Shown here: piece after piece, positions 9,252 to 19,526 of the stretch
Layout of the letters: each line of letters begins with the position of its first letter
Position numbering within the stretch: position 1 is the stretch's first letter
From: Escherichia phage UB
Sequence record: MH383160
Length of the DNA stretch: 64,000 nt
Reading direction: 5' to 3' (one strand)
The notes under the pieces: generated by a model
The model's database searches: none
Told to the model about the DNA's origin: nothing
The model's input: only the letters and a program-made list of their open reading frames with translations
Program-made: the position numbers and the translations under genes

Positions 9252-9575
9252 TTATTCACCTTGTTTGAATTTAGTTTTCTGCATTGATTCCATGATTGCA
9301 ACCAATACGCCGTGGATCTCGCTTAACGCGGAATCACTAAAAGCATTAATGAATAGTCGATCATTCTCGCGAATATTTTTAATGTACTTTTCAGCAGTAG
9401 TTGCGAATTCATTCAACGGTAGATCAAATGCTTTATCCCATGATGGATGGCGTAATTGTAACAGTACTGGATTATCACGATCACCAGGGGAAAACGTACC
9501 AGTGATGAAACATACGCCCGGAATACTTTCGAACTGGCAACGGACTTCCTTTGTGATAGTAGTATGAATGTACAT
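9252..9575 (-). CDS. hypothetical protein (107 aa)
   Basis: ORF; GAGGATAA SD upstream; co-transcribed with 9603..9791. Confidence 0.5.
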   Translation of the reverse strand: MYIHTTITKEVRCQFESIPGVCFITGTFSPGDRDNPVLLQLRHPSWDKAFDLPLNEFATTAEKYIKNIRENDRLFINAFSDSALSEIHGVLVAIMESMQKTKFKQGE

Positions 9576-9602
9576 TTATTGTTATCCTCTATTAAATTAA
9601 TA

Positions 9603-9791
9603 TTACAGTTTATGAATCAATTCTTTATCTAAGCGATAGCGTACATTATTAATAGTAACGGCATTGTTTTTAATGCTACGCTGTACAGGTCCACCAGCAA
9701 TAACAAATGTTGCTTTATTGCCCCGAACAATGATAGCACTTCCAGGATTACCGAAATCATCTTGTACTAAAATACTTGATAAGTTTTCCAT
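9603..9791 (-). CDS. hypothetical protein (62 aa)
   Basis: ORF; promoter plus hairpin cassette upstream. Confidence 0.5.
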   Translation of the reverse strand: MENLSSILVQDDFGNPGSAIIVRGNKATFVIAGGPVQRSIKNNAVTINNVRYRLDKELIHKL

Positions 9792-9870
9792 TTTTTATTT
9801 CCTCTTAGTAGGGGAAGATGTTTCCCCTTGATGCAAGTACTATAACAGTACTGAAAACTAAATGCAAGTA

Positions 9871-10227
9871 CTATGATAAAATCATGATAGGATATTCACT
9901 ATCGATCAGTACCTCGAATCCGAAACCTTCGTACCATTCTTTAAGATTAAAGGCGTTATCTTCTCCCGTATCGCATTCTAAAATGATACAATCTGAATCA
10001 TCGGCGGCATCAATAAAGGCATTCATTAATTCGTTACCTTCACCATTGCCCCGACTATCAGGATCAACATAAAGAGAATCAATAAACGCTACACGGTCAT
10101 AATCAAGATCCGGTGCAATGATTCCACGTTTAACAAACCAGTACTGCAATTGTGCTACTTTGCCCTGTACTTGATAGCCAGTGATCTCGCCATTGTCAGT
10201 AGTACGCGTGATATGTTGTATTCCCAT
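9871..10227 (-). CDS. putative GNAT-family N-acetyltransferase (118 aa)
   Basis: VDPDSRGNGEGNELMNA resembles the acetyl-CoA-binding motif A (Q/R-x-x-G-x-G/A) of GNAT enzymes; size fits a minimal GNAT fold. Confidence 0.45.
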   Translation of the reverse strand: MGIQHITRTTDNGEITGYQVQGKVAQLQYWFVKRGIIAPDLDYDRVAFIDSLYVDPDSRGNGEGNELMNAFIDAADDSDCIILECDTGEDNAFNLKEWYEGFGFEVLIDSEYPIMILS

Positions 10228-10290
10228 GATTTCAATCCTCAGTTAAGATATAAAATATTATAAACTATCTTTCAGTACTGTCAATACTTT

Positions 10291-10548
10291 TTATCTCATA
10301 GATCTATGCCAACAATTACGCGGATCTCTTTTAAAAGTACTATCATGATCCTCCTGGCAAGTAATACAATACATGCACCCTATAACGGCCTGGCGTCGAT
10401 TCTCAGGAATTTTATCGCCGCAGTCGAGGCAATGTACCAGTGATTCTCTTTGTGCGTTAATTTGCTTTCTAGCGTGGTTAACGGCGGCCTGAATCACTGC
10501 GTTAATCTCGTCTTGTTCGGCCCCATCTTTCGCGAATCCTACAGCCAT
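10291..10548 (-). CDS. DksA/TraR-family C4 zinc-finger protein (85 aa)
   Basis: C-x2-C-x17-C-x2-C (CLDCGDKIPENRRQAVIGCMYCITC) with RRQA, typical of TraR/DksA C4-type fingers. Confidence 0.6.
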   Translation of the reverse strand: MAVGFAKDGAEQDEINAVIQAAVNHARKQINAQRESLVHCLDCGDKIPENRRQAVIGCMYCITCQEDHDSTFKRDPRNCWHRSMR

Positions 10549-10879
10549 TATTTTAACCTCATTATAAAAATACTATAGTACTGTAATGCGACAATAATAT
10601 TACTTGTTCTTACTTTTTCCAATCCACATGATACCACATATTCATCCCCATATGTGCGGAACGATACACCATGAAAATTTTTATACACTTGCACTACTAA
10701 TCATAACCTTTCGTCTAACCAACTGCATAGAATTATACTACTTTACGCAAATTGATCAAGTATTGATCAGATCATTTTTTGATCAATATTATACAGTTAC
10801 ATTTGTGCACCCTATGGGTTAGTGACGTTCTCGTCTTGATGTAAGTATTATGCCAGTACTGGATGATATTGTCAATAGT

Positions 10880-11077
10880 TTATTTTAATTTTTTTCTGTC
10901 ATTGATTAATGCTTTCAGTACTATACTAATGATTTGCAATGATTCATCAATGACTATAAAATTATTTTCTTTCATTAGATGATAGTTACCATTGATTGTA
11001 TATTCTAAGGAGTACTGTTTACGTTTAATTTTTGATAATGTTTCTATTTGTTTTTGTACTGATTTCATGCTAATCAT
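10880..11077 (-). CDS. hypothetical protein (65 aa)
   Basis: ORF; very AT-rich; start context weak. Confidence 0.4.
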   Translation of the reverse strand: MISMKSVQKQIETLSKIKRKQYSLEYTINGNYHLMKENNFIVIDESLQIISIVLKALINDRKKLK

Positions 11078-11688
11078 TGTTAAACGTCCTGTAACGCATT
11101 CTAACGAGATAAACGGTTGAGTACTGGCATTGTATAGGGTAATGAATTAAAGCCCACCAGCGTTAACCAGTGGGCTATAATCTTACATCTTGCGGATAAT
11201 CTTAACAGTATCTTTCACCGATTTACCGTCTTGCTGACATTGCTCGATCATTGCGTATTGTTCTGCGGTCAGATCCTCGCCAGTTTTTGCCAGTACTGCG
11301 TCGATGAATGAATCCAGTGCGATCATTTTGTTTCTCTCTTAGGTTAAGTTAACTACTGTTGATAAAACTTATTATACAGTACTATCAAACTATGTCAATA
11401 ACTTTAATAGTACTGGTAATATATTTTAGCGGTAGTCGTCGTATGCTTTATTCACCTGGCGAATGTAACTTTCAAAGGCTTCGTCTACCGTTTCATACTC
11501 CCGAACATAATCACCATAGGAAACTACATACATACCTTTTTGATCTTCAAACGTCATGATGATAGAATCCAGACCAACGATTTCAGTTTTTGCGATGATA
11601 GCCATTTTTTAATTCCTTAGTAGTGTAGTTGATAAAACTTATTATGCCAGTACTATCAAACTATGTCAATAGCACTGTGATAATATTT

Positions 11689-11901
11689 TTAGTTAATAAT
11701 AGTCAGTGTAAAATTGTAATCCCCTGCCTGGTATAGTACTTTATCGCCGAACGTGCCGACACGTTTCATATTGCAATAGATACCCATAACACTTTTTACA
11801 TCTTTGATATTCCGAACGCCTGTAATATCTTTATTAAAATAATCGTGGTCAGAAAATAAAACTTGTTTTGCATTTTTCAGTACAGTGCGGATATTAGCCA
11901 T
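11689..11901 (-). CDS. hypothetical protein (70 aa)
   Basis: ORF; promoter plus hairpin cassette upstream. Confidence 0.5.
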   Translation of the reverse strand: MANIRTVLKNAKQVLFSDHDYFNKDITGVRNIKDVKSVMGIYCNMKRVGTFGDKVLYQAGDYNFTLTIIN

Positions 11902-11994
11902 TTTGTTTTCTCTCTGTTAGTGGGGAGAACTATTCTCCCCTTGATGTAAACTATTATACAGTACTATAATCTATTGTCAAACTATTTTTTTATA

Positions 11995-12336
11995 TTATTC
12001 GAAATCTTCTGGACCGGACTGATAATCATCTTCACCGTATGCACTTTCTAACCGCTCACCAGTGTAATCATCAGTTAAGCTATCATCCTCATAGTTCACG
12101 TCTACGCCTGTGATGTAAAACTGGCTATCGTCTGGATCATTGAAATTAATTTTTTGGATGTTTACAATAACTGTATTGATGCCCAGGACACCGCCATCAG
12201 CCGTTACAAAGTACTGATAGTTTTCACAACCGCCTGAATTGAAACCGTAATTAATTTCGGCCCGACCATCATTTAAACGCAGTGCCTGGGCAATGATTTC
12301 ATTTTCAAAGTTAGATTGAGCAATTGAGATAGTCAT
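11995..12336 (-). CDS. hypothetical acidic protein (113 aa)
   Basis: ORF; promoter plus hairpin cassette and AAGGAAAC SD upstream. Confidence 0.55.
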   Translation of the reverse strand: MTISIAQSNFENEIIAQALRLNDGRAEINYGFNSGGCENYQYFVTADGGVLGINTVIVNIQKINFNDPDDSQFYITGVDVNYEDDSLTDDYTGERLESAYGEDDYQSGPEDFE

Positions 12337-12460
12337 GATTCGTTTCCTTATTACCAGGGGAAACCGTTTCCCCTTGCGATGTAAAACATTATACGCTTAT
12401 TGAGATAGTTTGCAAGTACTTTTTAAAAATAGTTTTCAGTACTCAAACATTATACAATAG

Positions 12461-12546
12461 ATACACTCCTGCACCCTGTGGGCTAGTGAGCTATCTCTCA
12501 ATGAATATATAATAGCAAACTGGCTGACCGAAGTCAACCACTTTTT
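12461..12546 (-). repeat. About 85-bp intergenic repeat, copy 4 (hairpin variant GGCTGACCGAAGTCAACC)
   Basis: Direct comparison; the hairpin resembles the type found in the 44-59 kb region. Confidence 0.55.
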
Positions 12547-12769
12547 CATTTATTTTTAGCTTTTAGAATCGCCGCCTTTCGCGTCATGCCTTGCTTGATG
12601 TACTCATTTACTTTCGCTTTTTTAGCGTTTACCTTGTCTGCTTTCGTTTTAGGAGTACTGTAAATTATACCGTTAGGATTCATTTAAATCACCATAAAGA
12701 ATAGATAGGTTACTAACAATGCCGCGATCATTGCACCGACCAGGGCCGAACTGTAATAAGCTAATGATT

Positions 12770-12922
12770 TCATTTTTTAGCCTGAAAATAATGTTTAATT
12801 TGAGCGGCGGTCAGTGCACAATTACGCAGGAAGTTTTCTGTATAACTGCGTCGAGTACTGAAAGAAAATTGACCTTTACCGTTCCCGATAGTAACATCAA
12901 ACCGAGCATTATATTGTTTCAT
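12770..12922 (-). CDS. hypothetical small protein (50 aa)
   Basis: Start moved to MKQYNARF (GGAGA SD); the track's first Met is encoded by the hairpin loop. Confidence 0.45.
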   Translation of the reverse strand: MKQYNARFDVTIGNGKGQFSFSTRRSYTENFLRNCALTAAQIKHYFQAKK

Positions 12923-13219
12923 TTTGTTTCTCCTGTTCTTGGGGAGAATCATTTCTCCCCTTCATGTAAACTATTATACAGTACTAAAAACTAATTGCAA
13001 GTATTATTTTTTAGATTTACGTAAACTTTCTACCATCTCAGGAGTAAGCCCCAGCGGGTAGGAAACCACTTCATCCACAAAACGCAAAGGGAATACCCCA
13101 TCTAAAGTTGAACGTGCTTTCTTATTAGTACTCTTTTTTGATGCTTTCATTTCATATTCCTTAATTAGTGGGGAGAACTATTTCTCCACTTCATGTAAAC
13201 TATTATACAGTACTAAAAA

Positions 13220-13429
13220 CTAATTGCAAGTATTATTTTCTAAAAAATGTTTGTATGCTGAATCAACCACTCTTTCGATAACATACGCTAACGGCACGTA
13301 TCCAACTACATGACTACAATAAAAAGGACTACGATTAGAATCATCGTATGCAAATACTTTTTCAGGATCTGCATCAATCACATACATATTAACCTTTAAG
13401 ATGTCGATCTTATCCTGTACAGTAAGCAT
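13220..13429 (-). CDS. hypothetical protein (69 aa)
   Basis: ORF; co-transcribed with 13435..13707. Confidence 0.5.
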   Translation of the reverse strand: MLTVQDKIDILKVNMYVIDADPEKVFAYDDSNRSPFYCSHVVGYVPLAYVIERVVDSAYKHFLENNTCN

Positions 13430-13434
13430 ATTAA

Positions 13435-13707
13435 TTAACCTTTTAAGTACTGGCTTAAGTAGTCTTTTTGATCTTCGGTGATTGCAGTCATCTTCCCTAG
13501 TACTGGGTTGATGATATAATCCCCTGTAACGTCCTGTGACGCATTCTCAGGGTGTTTAACGGCTGGGGTAGCCATAGCCATTGCCTGGACTTGTTCGACG
13601 CTGTAACGCTCATAAAGGCGGCATTCTTCCGGTGTTAACATAGCATCAGTACGCTTCATCGGTTTAATGATGCTTTCGATCTCATTCAGTACTTGATTAA
13701 CGTTCAT
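13435..13707 (-). CDS. hypothetical protein (90 aa)
   Basis: ORF immediately downstream of 13759..14028. Confidence 0.5.
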   Translation of the reverse strand: MNVNQVLNEIESIIKPMKRTDAMLTPEECRLYERYSVEQVQAMAMATPAVKHPENASQDVTGDYIINPVLGKMTAITEDQKDYLSQYLKG

Positions 13708-13758
13708 GGTATAATCCCCAATATAAGCGGCCTAAAACGACCGCTAACGATGTTTTGA

Positions 13759-14028
13759 TTAATAGGTGTAAGGTTGACGCTCAAACAATGATTGCACGTT
13801 GTACGCCCCGCTAATGGGCTTTGCTGGCAAATCGATTTTATATTGTTCACGCTTAAAGATAATAAAACGGCAATTGTTTTTAACATCAAAATTGATTGAA
13901 CGTTCCAGGAGTTTTCCATCGTGCACAAATACAAGATAACCGCTTGGTACTTGTTTTGTAGTACTGGTTGCAACCATAGACCGACGAACATGAGTACCTG
14001 CATCGATTAAAGTACTGATATTTTTCAT
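13759..14028 (-). CDS. hypothetical protein (89 aa)
   Basis: AGGAAA SD and promoter upstream; preferred over the overlapping frame 13704..14003, which has neither. Confidence 0.5.
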   Translation of the reverse strand: MKNISTLIDAGTHVRRSMVATSTTKQVPSGYLVFVHDGKLLERSINFDVKNNCRFIIFKREQYKIDLPAKPISGAYNVQSLFERQPYTY

Positions 14029-14336
14029 TTTAGTTTCCTTAGTTGTCTTGATAAAATCTATTATGCCAGTACTATCAAACTATGTCAATAGTACTGTGAT
14101 AATATTTTTACTTACTTTTTGCTTTCTTAATTGCTTCCACCTGGTCGGCCCATTCTTTACCCCATACTTGTAAATTATAATGGTACTGGCAAAGAGCAAC
14201 GCCCCGCTTTAAACCAGTAATAGATTTTTTACCACATTGACAAGTTTTCATATTAGTTTCCTTGTAGTGGGGAGAATCATTTCTCCCCTTGATGTAATGT
14301 ATTATACTTTATTCGATTTACTTTGCAAGTACTTTT

Positions 14337-14564
14337 TTAATTTAATTCATCCAGGCAAAGGATACGCTCAACGCCCAAATCAGTTAAACTAATGGTCGGC
14401 ACTTGATAGGTTTCAATGTATGCTACAGTTGCCCACTGACCGAACTCATTAACGGCCCAGGTATTCATTGCATTTTGCAATTCCGCACCTGCCTTGTTAG
14501 TAATGACTGCAACTACTTGTTCGTTGCCAGTAGTACCAGATACGCGAGTAATGATAATAGCCAT
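14337..14564 (-). CDS. hypothetical protein (75 aa)
   Basis: Start moved to MAIIITRVSG, downstream of the 5'-UTR hairpin. Confidence 0.5.
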   Translation of the reverse strand: MAIIITRVSGTTGNEQVVAVITNKAGAELQNAMNTWAVNEFGQWATVAYIETYQVPTISLTDLGVERILCLDELN

Positions 14565-14801
14565 TGTTTTGATTCCTTTGATTTGGAAGGAGAACCGTTT
14601 TCCCCTCTCGATGTAAAACATTATACGCTAATCTATTAATCATGCAAGTACTTTTTATTACTTTTTGCAAAATACTTTAAACGCTCTCAATCGCATTCTA
14701 ACGACCTTAACGCCACCAGCTAGGGCGATGTATCAGATAATCAGTTTAATGCGTTAGAATCGATTATAGGCGGTGCTAGTGGACTGGAATACTATAGACA
14801 C

Positions 14802-14828
14802 AAAAAAGCCCACTGTTTAAGGTGGGCT
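14802..14828 (-). terminator. Rho-independent terminator
   Basis: Minus strand AGCCCACCttaaacaGTGGGCT plus TTTTTTG, 3' of 14850..15332; an identical hairpin sits at 15536..15564. Confidence 0.6.
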
Positions 14829-14849
14829 ATTGATTCAGTACTTTAATTG

Positions 14850-15332
14850 TTATGCTTCAACTTTGCGATGAGCTTCGATCCATTCCTCGCGAGTCATACC
14901 GCTTTCTTTGATAGCGTCCAGTACTACCGCAATGCAGTTACCGCGTACAGGAATCAAATGTTCTTCACCGTTATCAAGTACTACAGTAACACGTTCTTGA
15001 ATCCATTTTTTAGGTTTAGATTCTGGCTTATCTTCACCATACTTAACCGCCAGGGCTTTATGTGCCATTTCTACAACTACTTCCAGATCCAATCCAGACA
15101 CTGCCGCCTGGATACTGTCAATTGTTGCTTGCAGTTCGGCTTCACGGGCTTTTTTCTGTTCTTCCAGTTCTGCTACCTTTTTGGCTTGTAATTCTTTCGC
15201 TTCACTGTACGCAATGTTAAAATTGTTGCGTACTGCTTTCATGGTATCGTTATCCAGGTCAGCCAGCAATTCAGCAGCAATAACAGTATCGTTTGAAATC
15301 AGTGCTTTCAGGAATGATTTTACATTAGCCAT
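14850..15332 (-). CDS. hypothetical coiled-coil protein (160 aa)
   Basis: Start at MANVKSF; Ala/Glu/Lys-rich helical middle; hairpin terminator downstream at 14802..14828. Confidence 0.55.
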   Translation of the reverse strand: MANVKSFLKALISNDTVIAAELLADLDNDTMKAVRNNFNIAYSEAKELQAKKVAELEEQKKAREAELQATIDSIQAAVSGLDLEVVVEMAHKALAVKYGEDKPESKPKKWIQERVTVVLDNGEEHLIPVRGNCIAVVLDAIKESGMTREEWIEAHRKVEA

Positions 15333-15535
15333 TTTATAAATCCTCAATTAAAGTTTAGTTTACGTTTATTAGTGTATCAAAGTTTTTTTGACGTGTCCAG
15401 TTTTTCGTTCGACTTACTGGCGGTCTACTTAGTGCTCCCCGTCTTGATGTAATACATTCTACGCCTTTTTGCGGTATTGTCAACTACTTTTTTAAAACTA
15501 TTTTCAAAGTATCTCAGTACTACAATACTACAAAA

Positions 15536-15564
15536 ATAAAAAAGCCCACTGTTTAAGGTGGGCT
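15536..15564 (-). terminator. Rho-independent terminator
   Basis: Same hairpin as 14802..14828, followed by a T run on the minus strand, 3' of 15582..15881. Confidence 0.6.
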
Positions 15565-15581
15565 AGTGATTCAGTACTATA

Positions 15582-15881
15582 TTATAAACAGTTAATTACT
15601 CCGGTGTGCGTTACTTTCTCAGTATCCATAACCGTGACCGATCCACGCTTAGTACTTGCATCATAATAAATTGTTGTGCTACCGTTTTCGTCTTCTTCAT
15701 GGAACGGGCCGTTTTTAAATGCTTCTGGTTGGATCTCTAAATCCTTTAAAACAATCTCGCCCGTACTTTCATTGGTCATCGCAACAGTGCACTGAATGAA
15801 TTTTTCACTACTCACATCTAACGACGCATTAACAGCGAAAGAGGAAACAGATAAAGCCAGGGCGATGATTGCAATTTTCAT
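15582..15881 (-). CDS. putative secreted protein with signal peptide (99 aa)
   Basis: N-terminus MKIAIIALALSVSSFAVNA is a typical Sec signal peptide; terminator downstream. Confidence 0.55.
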   Translation of the reverse strand: MKIAIIALALSVSSFAVNASLDVSSEKFIQCTVAMTNESTGEIVLKDLEIQPEAFKNGPFHEEDENGSTTIYYDASTKRGSVTVMDTEKVTHTGVINCL

Positions 15882-15965
15882 TTGATTATCCTTAGTTACT
15901 AGGGGGAACCTCTCCCCCGTGCTATGTAAAATATTATACAGTACTAAAAACTAATTGCAAGTACT

Positions 15966-16202
15966 TTATGATTTTTTATAAAACATTTCGGCAGTGATAT
16001 TTTTACCCGTTGGTTGTACTTTATCCAGAATTTTTTGATGCCCAGGCCGTCCAAATGAATATGATCCGTAAACCGTAAACCAGTAGTTACCCTCAGTGTT
16101 TACATGTACAGCACAATAGGGAACGCCCCGCGATTCATCACTAGTAAAGTGTGCTACCGTTCCCGTTACATTCGAAGTCGTTGATTTGATTTGTTCAAGC
16201 AT
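15966..16202 (-). CDS. hypothetical protein (78 aa)
   Basis: ORF; promoter plus hairpin cassette upstream. Confidence 0.5.
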   Translation of the reverse strand: MLEQIKSTTSNVTGTVAHFTSDESRGVPYCAVHVNTEGNYWFTVYGSYSFGRPGHQKILDKVQPTGKNITAEMFYKKS

Positions 16203-16445
16203 TTTCTTATTCCTTAGTTACCAGGGGAACCGCTCCCCCTATGCAAAACATTATACGCGTTTAAAAACTAATAGCAAGTATTTTAATAAAAAGTATTTGA
16301 AAAATAATTGTTGACAACTGCATCCAGTACTGGCATAATACTTATATAAAGACGATACAGTCACTAACCCACAGGGTGCCGAGATCCGTCTATTAAATGA
16401 TTCAGTACTGAAAAAGTAACGGGGAGTTATTATCTCCCCGCGTTG

Positions 16446-16667
16446 TTATTTGGTAAGGTATAAACAGAAGTCACCTTTATTTGCTACGCCGCCAGTGTAA
16501 CGCGATGAATAGTTAGAAATATCTTGTACTTCTGCTATTACCAGTGTATCATCATTCATTTCGTCGCAGAAGCAAACGGCTGGATCTTTAACGCCGATAT
16601 TGTCGGCATGTTCCCGCATAGATTTAACCAGTGCTTCCAGTTGAGAAAGAGTAGTGATATTAGCCAT
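16446..16667 (-). CDS. hypothetical protein (73 aa)
   Basis: Start moved to MANITTL, downstream of the hairpin. Confidence 0.5.
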   Translation of the reverse strand: MANITTLSQLEALVKSMREHADNIGVKDPAVCFCDEMNDDTLVIAEVQDISNYSSRYTGGVANKGDFCLYLTK

Positions 16668-16752
16668 TGTATTTTCCTCATTACCAGGGAGAACCATTTC
16701 TCCCCTCTATGTAAAACATTATACAGTACTAAAAACTAATTGCAAGTACTTT

Positions 16753-16941
16753 TTAATTAAATTCCATAAAATCATTCTCAACGTGCACAACAATCTGATT
16801 ATTTTTAAAGTCCGCAGAAAACTCAATACAATCATATACTGCTTTTTCTGTTACCATACTATGAGTACCAATCGGATTAATAGGGGATTGAATTGTTTCA
16901 ATCTCGTTACCTTGTTCATTAACAATTAAAATATTAAACAT
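16753..16941 (-). CDS. hypothetical protein (62 aa)
   Basis: ORF; GGAGTAAAAG SD and TATAAT-containing promoter upstream. Confidence 0.5.
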   Translation of the reverse strand: MFNILIVNEQGNEIETIQSPINPIGTHSMVTEKAVYDCIEFSADFKNNQIVVHVENDFMEFN

Positions 16942-16996
16942 AACTTTTACTCCTGATAGTGTTTACCTGATATAAAGTATTATACGCCTTTATTGC

Positions 16997-17203
16997 TTAG
17001 TGTCCAGTACTTTTTAAAACATAATCAAAGACACTTCTCACATCATTGATCATCGCCTGGCGGTTAGCAGGTAAAGCATCAGGATCACCACTATCCCAAG
17101 CCTGTATGAAGCCTCCAAGCTCTGAATAAACTTTATTACGCAATCCGATTAACTGTAATTCTTTTTCTTCAAGCTCTTTGATACGTTCAATTAAATCACT
17201 CAT
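16997..17203 (-). CDS. hypothetical protein (68 aa)
   Basis: Start moved to MSDLIERIKEL with AAGGA SD. Confidence 0.45.
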   Translation of the reverse strand: MSDLIERIKELEEKELQLIGLRNKVYSELGGFIQAWDSGDPDALPANRQAMINDVRSVFDYVLKSTGH

Positions 17204-17220
17204 TAGATAATCCTTAGTAC

Positions 17221-17508
17221 TTAACTGTAAGATCCGCAACGGTCGCAGTAGTGCCCGTCTTCCTCGTCATCGTCAACGAATTGCCCGACGAAATGATCTA
17301 CTTTCGCTTTCAGGTTATTATAATCGTTTTCTACTTCCTTTAATCGTTCCTGGTAGTATTCCAGTGCCTCAAGATACGCCGCCTCAGCAGTTTTTGCACG
17401 CATAGCTAAATTCATGCCACGCGATTCATCATAAAGCCAATAACCATCAGTGCACTGGCTAATAGATAATGACTTGCTTAATACTGTATAGCTAATTACT
17501 TTGCTCAT
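17221..17508 (-). CDS. hypothetical protein with C-terminal CxxC (95 aa)
   Basis: Start moved to MSKVISY with GAGGAA SD; C-terminal HYCDRCGSYS. Confidence 0.5.
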   Translation of the reverse strand: MSKVISYTVLSKSLSISQCTDGYWLYDESRGMNLAMRAKTAEAAYLEALEYYQERLKEVENDYNNLKAKVDHFVGQFVDDDEEDGHYCDRCGSYS

Positions 17509-17563
17509 TAGATATTCCTCAGTAAAGGCGGGAACCATTCCCCGCCATTATCTCAGTACTAAA

Positions 17564-18175
17564 TTAATATGCGATTGATTCTACTACGCCATCAATAACA
17601 TTGAATTGATACTCGTTACCCTCGATCAGTGCCGTGATGTTCTCAGTAGTGAATTGATCCTCATATGCATTCTCTAAATCACGGTACAACTTGCGGGATA
17701 ATTCACGAATAGTTTCAGTGAGTAGTTCCTCAAGCTCATTAACTAACGTTTCTTGTTTTGCGGTTAAATCAGTGTAAGCCGATTCAATGTACCCGCTTAC
17801 AGTATTCTCATGCGAGTAGTGGGAGTGAGAACGCTTTACACTCATCGGCAAATCATCTTCATTCAGCAGGTGACGGATTGAGCGATACTTAGTTAATGCT
17901 CTTACCTTGCGTAAAAACTTCACTGCGTCAACGTGGTCAGTACTGATTGATGCACCGTCACCTTGCGACCAAAAACCACTGAATCGTAAATCTGCGTCAT
18001 TAATGCCATATTCCGGTAGTACTGTTTCTTTATAGTATTCAATTTCACTTTCAGAAAAATAATCATCGTTTAAGTTTTTTTCACGTTCCCGAACCAGTTC
18101 GATAGCTGACGTTTGTTGTTCTGCGTTCAATTCAGAAAAAGCCATAACATAAGTAGTAGTAGTGATAGTTTTCAT
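17564..18175 (-). CDS. hypothetical acidic protein (203 aa)
   Basis: ORF; promoter upstream; strongly acidic. Confidence 0.55.
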   Translation of the reverse strand: MKTITTTTYVMAFSELNAEQQTSAIELVREREKNLNDDYFSESEIEYYKETVLPEYGINDADLRFSGFWSQGDGASISTDHVDAVKFLRKVRALTKYRSIRHLLNEDDLPMSVKRSHSHYSHENTVSGYIESAYTDLTAKQETLVNELEELLTETIRELSRKLYRDLENAYEDQFTTENITALIEGNEYQFNVIDGVVESIAY

Positions 18176-18476
18176 TTTGTAACCCTCATTCAGTAGTTGA
18201 TGTAAGTATTATACGCTTTTAAAAACAATTGTCAAACTATTTTATCAGGGGAGTTTTTCGTGTGCCTTACTCCTGGGCTACTTAACGGGGAGTTACTTAT
18301 TTCGTCCCCCGTCCTGATGTAAAACATTATACGCCTTTAAACATAGTTTGCAAGTACTTTTTGAAAAATAGTTTTTAATCACTTTTATATAGATACACTC
18401 CCGCACCCTATGGGCTATCGCCTTGTGTCCGGCTTGTAAGTATTATCTCACTAAGCCGGATAATGGTCAAGTACTT

Positions 18477-18743
18477 TTATTCAAGTACTGCTATCTTTTT
18501 AGTACTGTACACAGTAACACGGTTGCCCTTGCGGTCGTGCTTTATTTCTACCACTCGACGCGATACACTATCAGGACTTTTTAACGCCGATAACCAGTAC
18601 TGTAAGGATCTGGCTGTACTTTGCTTTACTACCGCCCAACGTTTACCACGTTCCGATTGCACGCCCATATCTTTAAACGTTGCCCCGTCCTGGCGAGCGG
18701 CGATCCGAGCTTGTTCACGCGTTGCAAAGTATATAATATTCAT
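18477..18743 (-). CDS. hypothetical protein, paralog of 6767..7171 (88 aa)
   Basis: Start moved to MNIIYFATREQ; shares FATRE..AR and HDRKGNRVTVYS with 6767..7171. Confidence 0.5.
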   Translation of the reverse strand: MNIIYFATREQARIAARQDGATFKDMGVQSERGKRWAVVKQSTARSLQYWLSALKSPDSVSRRVVEIKHDRKGNRVTVYSTKKIAVLE

Positions 18744-18825
18744 GCTGTTATCCCATCGTTGATGTATGAATAAAATCCTATTATAAAGTACTATCACCGT
18801 GCAATAGTACTTTAAATAAATTCTA

Positions 18826-19065
18826 TTACATTCCAACCATTGCAGCACGGATCGCCGTAGTGCTATATTTGAATCCGTCCGGCGTTTTATCTTGTCCAGT
18901 CTGTTCTAAAAATAGCATCATATGACGGGCCGCATCATTGCGATTAGTGTTAGCGGCAATAAAGTCCTGGGCCAACCGGTATAATGATTCATCGTTATTA
19001 ATCCAAAGGCTTACATTCCATTGAGTTTTGTTAGCGTGACCTAAGAACATTTTTGATTTAGCCAT
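18826..19065 (-). CDS. hypothetical protein (79 aa)
   Basis: ORF; promoter plus hairpin cassette upstream. Confidence 0.5.
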   Translation of the reverse strand: MAKSKMFLGHANKTQWNVSLWINNDESLYRLAQDFIAANTNRNDAARHMMLFLEQTGQDKTPDGFKYSTTAIRAAMVGM

Positions 19066-19163
19066 TTTTAAATCCTCGTTTGATTTGAGGCGGGAATAGT
19101 TCCCGCTCTCGATGTAAAGTATTATACGCTATTTGTTAGTACTGTCAAACTACTTTTTAAAAC

Positions 19164-19526
19164 TTATTCGTAAATCTTGCCACTGTCAGCCCATACCAGG
19201 AAACGAGGCATATTATCCCATGCATCTTGTTTTAAATTTAAACCGTGTAATACTTCTGTACTTTCCATTCCTGGTACTGGTTTACTATACACCGCGAACA
19301 ATTCACCCATATACTGATAAGCCATCGTTAAATCACTTGCGATCATCTTATGGATCATCGCATCAAGCATCACGGTAGCGGCGTATTGTTCACGCTTAAG
19401 CGGTAACATTGCAATAAGTTCCCGATAAGCTGAAATGTGAATTTTTACCGTTTCTGCCGGAAGATCTTTCATCTCGTCGCGGAAGTTAACCAGGTTAGCA
19501 ATAATTTTATTGATTTGAGTAGCCAT
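19164..19526 (-). CDS. hypothetical protein (120 aa)
   Basis: Start moved to MATQINKII, downstream of the hairpin. Confidence 0.5.
   Translation of the reverse strand: MATQINKIIANLVNFRDEMKDLPAETVKIHISAYRELIAMLPLKREQYAATVMLDAMIHKMIASDLTMAYQYMGELFAVYSKPVPGMESTEVLHGLNLKQDAWDNMPRFLVWADSGKIYE

Noticed and set aside
17564-18175. Acidic 203-aa protein as an ArdA/Ocr-like anti-restriction DNA mimic
   Set aside because: It rests on acidic composition alone; I recognise no specific motif, so it is left hypothetical.
882-19378. Plus-strand ORFs in the minus-strand block (882..1094, 2157..2441, 2627..2884, 3984..4237, 9157..9567, 14847..15191, 18463..18762 and others)
   Set aside because: They are antisense to better-supported minus-strand genes, lack an SD or promoter, and span promoter cassettes; they look like AT-rich chance frames.
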